Shown: piece by piece, positions 1-8,000 of the stretch | Layout of the letters: each line of letters starts with the position of its first letter | Numbering within the stretch: the first letter of the stretch is position 1 | Source: Antedon mediterranea | Taxonomy: Eukaryota; Animalia; Echinodermata | Assembly: GCF_964355755.1 (NCBI RefSeq) | Contig: NC_092678.1 | Coordinates: 10,724,352 to 10,788,351 of the forward strand | Direction of reading: 5' to 3' | Length of the DNA stretch: 64,000 nt | Notes under the pieces: generated by a model | What the model was told of the DNA's origin: nothing | The model's database searches: none | Seen by the model: only the letters and a program-made list of their open reading frames with translations | Position numbers and translations under genes: made by a program

Positions 1-3000
1 TGCTCAAAATGGTCTAAAACGTTTTTAAAACGATATTAAGCTATTTTGTGCTCTTTGATGTTTTTGTGTAACCAAGTTTTTTCGAAAATCACAAAATGGT
101 CTAAAACGTCTCCAAATGCGATTTGAAGCTTTTCTAAGCACTTTGGTGTTTTTATGTTAACAAGTTTTTTCGAAAATCACAAAATGGTCTAAAACGTCTC
201 AAAATGCGATTTGAAGGTATTCTGAGCACTTTGGTGTTTTTGTGTGAAAAGTTTTAACGAAATGCTCAAAATGGTCTAAAACGGTTTCTAATGTGATTTT
301 AACCACTTTGATGTTTTTGTGTAACCAAGTTCTTTTCGAAAATCACAAAATGGTCTAAAACGTCTCCAAATGCGATTTGAAGCTTTTCTAAGCACTTTGG
401 TGTTTTTATGTTAACAAGTTTTTTCGAAAATCACAAAATGGTCTAAAACGTCTCAAAATGCGATTTGAAGGTATTCTGAGCACTTTGGTGTTTTTGTGTG
501 AAAAGTTTTAACGAAATGCTCAAAATGGTCTAAAATGGTTTCTAATGTGATTTTAACCACTTTGATGTTTTTGTGTAACCAAGTTTTTTCGAAAATCACA
601 AAATGGTCTAAAACATCTCCAAATGCGATTTGAAGCTTTTCTAAGCACTTTGGTGTTTTTATGTTAACAAGTTTTTTCGAAAATCACAAAATGGTCTAAA
701 ACGTCTCCAAATGCGATTTGAAGCTTTTCCAAGCACTTTGCTGTTTTTATGTTAACAATTTTTTTCGAAAATCATAAAATGGTCTAAAACGTCTCCAAAT
801 GCGATTTGAAGCTATTCTGTACACTTTGATGTTTTGTGTGAAAAGTTTTGTCGAAATGCTCAAAATGGTCTAAAACGTTTTTAAAACGATATTAAGCTAT
901 TTTGTGCTCTTTGATGTTTTTGTGTAACCAAGTTTCATCGAAATGAACAAAATGGTCTAAAACGTCTCCAAATGCGATTTGAAGCTTTTCTAAGCACTTT
1001 GGTGTTTTTATGTTAACAAGTTTTTTCGAAAATCACAAAATGGTCTAAAACGTCTCCAAATGCGATTTGAAGATATTCTGAGCACTTTGCTGTTTTTATG
1101 TTAACAAGTTTTTTCGAAAATCACAAAATGGTCTAAAACGTCTCAAAATGCTATTTGAAGGTATTCTGAGCACTTTGGTGTTTTTGTGTGAAAAGTTTTA
1201 ACGAAATGCTCAAAATGGTCTAAAACGGTTCTAATGTGATTTTAAGCACTTTGATGTTTTTGTATAACCAAGTTTCATCGAAATGCTCAAAATGGTCTAA
1301 AACGTTTTTAAAACGATATTAAGCTATTTTGTGCTCTTTGATGTTTTTGTGTAACGAAGTTTCATCGAAATGAACAAAATGGTCTAAAACGTCTCCAAAT
1401 GCGATTTGAAGCTTTTCCAAGCACTTTGCTGTTTTTATGTTAACAAGTTTTTTCGAAAATCACAAAATGGCCTAAAACGTCTCAAAATGCGATTTCAAGG
1501 TATTCTGAGCACTTTGGTGTTTTTGTGTGAAAGGTTTTAACGAAATGCTCAAAATGGTCTAAAACGGTTTCTAATGTGATTTTAAGCACTTTGATGTTTT
1601 TGTATAACCAAGTTTCATCGAAATGCACAAAATGGTCTAAAACGTCTCCAAATGCGATTTGAAGCTTTTCTAAGCACTTTGCTGTTTTTATGTTAACAAG
1701 TTTTTTCGAAAATCACAAAATGGTCTAAAACGTCTCCAAATGCGATTTGAAGATATTCTGAGCACTTTGGTGTTTTTATGTTAAAAAGTTTTTTCGAAAA
1801 TCACAAAATGGTCTAAAACGTCTCCAAATGCGATTTGAAGATATTCTGAGCACTTTGGTGTTTTTATGTTAAAAAGTTTTTTCGAAAATCACAAAATGGT
1901 CTAAAACGTCTCCAAATGCGATTTGAAGCTATTCTGTACACTTTGATGTTTTGTGTGAAAAAGTTTTGTCGAAATGCTCAAAATGGTCTAAAACGTTTTT
2001 AAAACGATATTAAGCTATTTTGTGCTCTTTGATGTTTTTCTGTAACCAAGTTTTATCGAAATGAACAAAATGGTCTAAAACGTCTCCAAATGCGATTTGA
2101 AGCTTTTCCAAGCACTTTGCTGTTTTTATGTTAACAAGTTTTTTCGAAAATCACAAAATGGTCTAAAACGTCTCAAAATGCGATTTGAAGGTATTCTGAG
2201 CACTTTGGTGTTTTTGTGTGAAAAGTTTTAACGAAATGCTCAAAATTGTCTAAAACGGTTTCTAATGTGATTTTAAGCACTTTGATGTTTTTGTAAAACC
2301 AAGTTTCATCGAAATGAACAAAATGGTCTAAAATGTCTCCAAATGCGATTTGAAGCTTTTCCAAGCACTTTACTGTTTTTATGTTAACAAGCTTTTTCGA
2401 AAATCACAAAATGGTCTAAAACGTCTCCAAATGCGATTTGAAGATATTCTGAGCACTTTGGTGTTTTTATGTTAAAAAGTTTTTTCGAAAATCACAAAAT
2501 GGTCTAAAACGTCTCCAAATGCGATTTGAAGATATTCTGAGCACTTTGGTGTTTTTATGTTAAAAAGTTTTTTCGAAAATCACAAAATGGTCTAAAACGT
2601 CTCCAAATGCGATTTGAAGCTATTCTGTACACTTTGATGTTTTGTGTGAAAAAGTTTTGTCGAAATGCTCAAAATGGTTTAAAACGTTTTTAAAACGATA
2701 TTAAGTTATTTTGTGCTCTTTGATGTTTTTGTGTAACCAAGTTTCATCGAAATGAACAAAATGGTCTAAAACGTCTCCAAATGCGATTTGAAGCTTTTCC
2801 AAGCACTTTGCTGTTTTTATGTTAACAAGTTTTTTCGAAAATCACAAAATGGTGTAAAACGTCTCAAAATGCGATTTGAAGGTATTCTGAGCACTTTGGT
2901 GTTTTTGTGTGAAAAGTTTTAACGAAATGCTCAAAATGGTCTAAAACGGTTCTAATGTGATTTTAAGCTATTCTAGACACTTTGATGTTTTGTGTGAAAA

Positions 3001-3980
3001 AGTTTTCTCGAAATGCTCAAAATGGTCTAAAACGTTTTCCAATACCATATTAAGCTATTTTGTGCAATTTGATGTTTTTGTGTAACCAAGTTTTTTGAAA
3101 TGCGATTTGAAGATATTCTGAGGACTTTGGTGTTTTTATGTTAAAAAGTTTTTTCGAAAATCACAAAATGGTCTAAAACGTCTCCAAATGCGATTTGAAG
3201 ATATTCTGAGCACTTTGGTGTTTTTATGTTAAAAAGTTTTTTCGAAAATCACAAAATGGTCTAAAACGTCTCCAAATGCGAGTTGAAGCTATTCTGTACA
3301 CTTTGATGTTTTGTGTGAAAAAGTTTTGTCGAAATGCTCAAAATGGTCTAAAACGTTTTTAAAACGATATTAAGCTATTTTGTGCTCTTTGATGTTTTTG
3401 TGTAACCAAGTTTTTTCGAAAATCACAAAATGGTCTAAAACGTCTCCAAATGCGATTTGAAGCTTTTCTAAGCACTTTGGTGTTTTTATGTTAACAAGTT
3501 TTTTCGAAAATCACAAAATGGTCTAAAACGTCTCAAAATGCGATTTGAAGGTATTCTGAGCACTTTGGTGTTTTTGTGTGAAAAGTTTTAACGAAATGCT
3601 CAAAATGGTCTAAAACGGTTTCTAATGTGATTTTAAGCACTTTGATGTTTTTGTGTAACCAAGTTTTTTCGAAAATCACAAAATGGTCTAAAACGTCTCC
3701 AAATGCGATTTGAAGCTATTCTGTACACTTTGATGTTTTGTGTGAAAAAAGTTTTGTCGAAATGCTCAAAATGGTCTAAAACGTTTTTAAAACGATATTA
3801 AGCTATTTTGTGCTCTTTGATGTTTTTGTGTAACCAAGTTTTATCGAAATGAACAAAATGGTCTAAAAAGTCTCCAAATGCGATTTGAAGCTTTTCCAAG
3901 CACTTTGCTGTTTTTATGTTAACAGGTTTTTTCGAAAATCACAAAATGGTCTAAAACGTCTCAAAATGCGATTTGAAGGT
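1..3980 (+). repeat. Satellite tandem array, left segment (78-88 bp monomers; runs off the left edge of the window)
   Basis: The core AAAATGGTCTAAAAC starts at 6, 93, 181, 268 and 347 (spacings 87, 88, 87, 79) and recurs continuously up to the insertion. All copies are in the same orientation. Confidence 0.99.
3977..3980 (+). repeat. Target-site duplication AGGT, left copy
   Basis: AGGT occurs once in uninterrupted class C monomers and flanks both ends of the element. An alternative parse gives a 2-bp GG TSD with the element at 3980-5072. Confidence 0.8.
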
Positions 3981-4009
3981 CGGCCGTTCCAAGGCAAAAC
4001 AACGTAACT
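3981..4009 (+). repeat. Left terminal inverted repeat
   Basis: CGGCCGTTCCAAGGCAAAACAACGTAACT; its reverse complement matches 5043-5071 at 28/29 positions. Confidence 0.97.
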
Positions 4010-4183
4010 ACAAAATGTTGCTTTTCGAGAAAAATTGAATTGAAGTTTAAGTGTTTGCATTTCAACAACAAATTATCGTAATTATGTGAAATTTTGCATG
4101 AGTATATATAAATAATAATTATTATTAAATACAAAATGTTAAATAATTTAAACAATTTGATCAAAAGTTACTACCACTTTTAA

Positions 4184-4256
4184 CAGATACGTTGTTTTGC
4201 CTTAGAAATGACGTGCATAGAATGAAAGTCATTTCTGAGGCAAAACAACGTAACTG
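4184..4256. repeat. Internal inverted repeat of the TIR motif (29-bp arms, 15-bp loop)
   Basis: CAGATACGTTGTTTTGCCTTAGAAATGAC (4184-4212) and GTCATTTCTGAGGCAAAACAACGTAACTG (4228-4256) are complementary at 27/29 positions. Confidence 0.9.
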
Positions 4257-4320
4257 CGATATTCTGTGGCAAAACAACGTAACTGTGGTCATTCCATGGC
4301 AAAACAACGTAACTGTGATG
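4231..4320 (+). repeat. Three tandem ~30-bp subterminal repeats carrying the TIR motif
   Basis: GGCAAAACAACGTAACT occurs exactly at 4239, 4268 and 4298 (spacings 29 and 30) and is identical to 3993-4009 in the left TIR. Confidence 0.95.
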
Positions 4321-4383
4321 ATTTTAAAAACAATGGATTGAAACTCTTTTTGAACAAAAGGGAAGGCTGCGATCATCTATGAT

Positions 4384-4720
4384 TGCTAGGAACTAGGTTG
4401 GCTTAACAAAGAGTGCATTTGAAGCTAGGCTTAGCCATTTGCATCTACTATTTATGATAATAGACTTATTACATTATTATGTTATAGCCTACCTACTAGC
4501 CTGCTACTACAAGGCCTACGTACAACAATGCAAAGACGGCCGTCCTACTAGGCTAGGCCTAGCCTAGTTTCAATGACAATACTGGTGTACTAGGCTAGAT
4601 TAGGTAGGTCTGTAAAATTAATAGCCTAGCCTAGTTTCAAGCTTGCCTGAACTTTTTCGTAAATATAGTAGAATAAATTTTAATACATTAAATTAGTTGT
4701 CTAGCGTAATAAGCCTAATA
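4384..4720. repeat. TAGGC/GCCTA/CTAG-rich low-complexity centre of the element, with a perfect 22-bp palindrome at 4547-4568
   Basis: Many GCTAGG, TAGGCT, AGCCTA and TAGCCTAGCCTAG words. ACTAGGCTAGGCCTAGCCTAGT is its own reverse complement. Confidence 0.8.
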
Positions 4721-4846
4721 TTGTTTAATATATCTTTTACTTTTAGTTAAGATCGTTGCTATGCCTATCGTCATGCATCAGTGGTTTCTGTCTCAAAATT
4801 ACGTAACTTAGCTGATTGTGAGAATTTGAAGCGAAAATCGTAGACA

Positions 4847-4897
4847 TTTCCGTGGCAGAACAACGTATCTGGTAGATACGTTGTTTTGCCTTGGAAA
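4847..4897. repeat. Right subterminal hairpin of two opposed TIR motifs (24-bp arms, 3-bp loop)
   Basis: TTTCCGTGGCAGAACAACGTATCT-GGT-AGATACGTTGTTTTGCCTTGGAAA; arms complementary at 21/24 positions. Confidence 0.9.
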
Positions 4898-5042
4898 ATA
4901 CCAGAATTATTTGTTTTTTGCTTAAAGATACGTGGTACTATCTCTAAAATTAATGATCTCTGAAACCCGAAATTTTTACAGGTTGTTCATAAATTTGTAA
5001 TAATTCCCCAAATGTAAAAATCTCAAAATTGACAAAAATGCG

Positions 5043-5071
5043 AGTTACGTGGTTTTGCCTTGGAACGGCCG
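5043..5071 (-). repeat. Right terminal inverted repeat
   Basis: AGTTACGTGGTTTTGCCTTGGAACGGCCG; one mismatch to the reverse complement of the left TIR. Confidence 0.97.
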
Positions 5072-5075
5072 AGGT
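5072..5075 (+). repeat. Target-site duplication AGGT, right copy
   Basis: Followed directly by ATTCTGAGCACTTTGG, the normal continuation of the class C monomer. Confidence 0.8.
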
Positions 5076-8000
5076 ATTCTGAGCACTTTGGTGTTTTTGT
5101 GTGAAAAGTTTTAACGAAATGCTCAAAATTGTCTAAAACGGTTTCTAATGTGATTTTAAGCACTTTGATGTTTTTGTAAAACCAAGTTTCATCGAAATGC
5201 ACAAAATGGTCTAAAATGTCTCCAAATGCGATTTGAAGCTTTTCCAAGCACTTTGCTGTTTTTATGTTAACAAGCTTTTTCGAAAATCACAAAATGGTCT
5301 AAAACGTCTCCAAATGCGATTTGAAGATATTCTGAGCACTTTGGTGTTTTTATGTTAAAAAGTTTTTTCGAAAATCACAAAATGGTCTAAAACGTCTCCA
5401 AATGCGATTTGAAGATATTCTGAGCACTTTGGTGTTTTTATGTTAAAAAGTTTTTTCGAAAATCACAAAATGGTCTAAAACGTCTCCAAATGCGATTTGA
5501 AGCTATTCTGTACACTTTGATGTTTTGTGTGAAAAAGTTTTGTCGAAATGCTCAAAATGGTTTAAAACGTTTTTAAAACGATATTAAGCTATTTTGTGCT
5601 CTTTGATGTTTTTGTATAACCAAGTTTCATCGAAATGCACAAAATGGTCTAAAACGTCTCCAAATGCGATTTGAAGCTTTTCTAAGCACTTTGCTGTTTT
5701 TATGTTAACAAGTTTTTTCGAAAATCACAAAATGGTCTAAAACGTCTCCAAATGCGATTTGAAGATATTCTGAGCACTTTGGTGTTTTTATGTTAAAAAG
5801 TTTTTTCGAAAATCACAAAATGGTCTAAAACGTCTCCAAATGCGATTTGAAGATATTCTGAGCACTTTGGTGTTTTTATGTTAAAAAGTTTTTTCGAAAA
5901 TCACAAAATTGTCTAAAACGTCTCCAAATGCGATTTGAAGCTATTCTGTACCCTTTGATGTTTTGTGTGAAAAAGTTTTGTCGAAATGCTCAAAATGGTC
6001 TAAAACGTTTTTAAAACGATATAAAGCTATTTTGTGCTCTTTGATGTTTTTGTGTAACCAAGTTTTTTCGAAAATCACAAAATGGTCTAAAACGTCTCCA
6101 AATGCGATTTGAAGCTTTTCTAAGCACTTTGGTGTTTTTATGTTAACAAGTTTTTTCGAAAATCACAAAATGGTCTAAAACGTTTTAAAATGCGATTTGA
6201 AGGTATTCTGAGCACTTTGGTGTTTTTGTGTGAAAAGTTTTAACGAAATGCTCAAAATGGTCTAAAACGGTTTCTAATGTGATTTTAACCACTTTGATGT
6301 TTTTGTGTAACCAAGTTTTTTCGAAAATCACAAAATGGTCTAAAACGTCTCCAAATGCGATTTGAAGCTTTTCTAAGCACTTTGGTGTTTTTATGTTAAC
6401 AAGTTTTTTCGAAAATCACAAAATGGTCTAAAACGTCTCCAAATGCGATTTGAAGCTATTCTGTACACTTTGATGTTTTGTGTGAAAAAAGTTTTGTCGA
6501 AATGCTCAAAATGGTCTAAAACGTTTTTAAAACGATATTAAGCTATTTTGTGCTCTTTGATGTTTTTGTGTAACCAAGTTTTATCGAAATGAACAAAATG
6601 GTCTAAAACGTCTCCAAATGCGATTTGAAGCTTTTCTAAGCACTTTGCTGTTTTTATGTTAACTAGTTTTTTCGAAAATCACAAAATGGTCTAAAACGTC
6701 TCCAAATGCGATTTGAAGATATTCTGAGCACTTTGGTGTTTTTATGTTAAAAAGTTTTTTCGAAAATCACAAAATGGTCTAAAACGTCTCCAAATGCGAT
6801 TTGAAGATATTCTGAGCACTTTGGTGTTTTTATGTTAAAAAGTTTTTTCGAAAATCACAAAATGGTCTAAAACGTCTCCAAATGCGATTTGAAGCTATTC
6901 TGTACACTTTGATGTTTTGTGTGAAAAAGTTTTGTCGAAATGCTCAAAATGGTCTAAAACGTTTTTAAAACGATATAAAGCTATTTTGTGCTCTTTGATG
7001 TTTTTGTGTAACCAAGTTTTTTCGAAAATCACAAAATGGTCTAAAACGTCTCCAAATGCGATTTGAAGCTTTTCTAAGCACTTTGGTGTTTTTATGTTAA
7101 CAAGTTTTTTCGAAAATCACAAAATGGTCTAAAACGTTTTAAAATGCGATTTGAAGGTATTCTGAGCACTTTGGTGTTTTTGTGTGAAAAGTTTTAACGA
7201 AATGCTCAAAATGGTCTAAAACGGTTTCTAATGTGATTTTAACCACTTTGATGTTTTTGTGTAACCAAGTTTTTTCGAAAATCACAAAATGGTCTAAAAC
7301 GTCTCCAAATTCGATTTGAAGCTTTTCTAAACACTTTGGTGTTTTTATGTTAACAAGTTTTTTCGAAAATCACAAAATGGTCTAAAACGTCTCCAAATGC
7401 GATTTGAAGCTATTCTGTACACTTTGATGTTTTGTGTGAAAAAGTTTCTCGAAATGCTCAAAATGGTCTAAAACGTTTTCCAATACCATATTAAGCTATT
7501 TTGTGCAATTTGATGTTTTTGTGTAACCAAGTTTTTTGAAATGCGATTTGAAGATATTCTGAGCACTTTGGTGTTTTTATGTTAAAAAGTTTTTTCGAAA
7601 ATCACAAAATGGTCTAAAACGTCTCCAAATGCGATTTGAAGATATTCTGAGCACTTTGGTGTTTTTATGTTAAAAAGTTTTTTCGAAAATCACAAAATGG
7701 TCTAAAACGTCTCCAAATGCGATTTGAAGCTATTCTGTACACTTTGATGTTTTGTGTGAAAAAGTTTTGTCGAAATGCTCAAAATGGTCTAAAACGTTTT
7801 TAAAACGATATTAAGCTATTTTGTGCTCTTTGATGTTTTTGTGTAACCAAGTTTTTTCGAAAATCACGAAATGGTCTAAAACGTCTTCAAATGCGATTTG
7901 AAGCTTTTCTAAGCACTTTGGTGTTTTTATGTTAACAAGTTTTTTCGCAAATCACAAAATGGTCTAAAACGTCTCCAAATGCGATTTGAAGATATTCTGA

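Larger units (their letters stand above)
3981..5071. mobile_element. Non-autonomous TIR DNA transposon (MITE-like), 1,091 bp; superfamily uncertain (4-bp TSD, possibly Sola-like)
   Basis: Non-satellite sequence interrupts a class C monomer exactly (GATTTGAAGGT | element | AGGTATTCTGAG). It has 29-bp TIRs and a duplicated AGGT, and no ORF long enough for a transposase. The offset to the paralogous block changes from 16846 to 15751 across it, a difference of 1091+4. Confidence 0.95.

Noticed and set aside
80-97. CENP-B box at TTTCGAAAA
   Set aside because: TTCG is present, but the downstream CGGG of the NTTCGNNNNANNCGGGN consensus is missing on both strands.
4081-4160. Very AT-rich stretch with TATATAAATA as a possible promoter
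   Set aside because: No downstream gene, and TATA-like words are expected in such AT-rich sequence.
4239-4314. Mini-CRISPR or iteron reading of the three 17-bp repeats
   Set aside because: Spacers are only 12-13 bp and resemble each other. The repeat is identical to part of the TIR, which explains it better.
3961-4376. ORFs of 67 and 71 aa inside the element as a possible transposase or cargo
   Set aside because: Short and compositionally biased. One runs through the TIR into the satellite, and the VTLFC repeats simply translate the 17-bp DNA motif. No DDE-like features.
5011-5046. Resemblance of the element's right subterminal sequence (TCTCAAAATT...AAAATGCGA) to the satellite, hinting at a transposon origin for the satellite
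   Set aside because: Only 9-11 bp A-rich matches that are not colinear over a monomer; expected by chance at this composition.
5023-5247. 74-aa ORF crossing the right junction
   Set aside because: A satellite frame reading by chance through the TIR.
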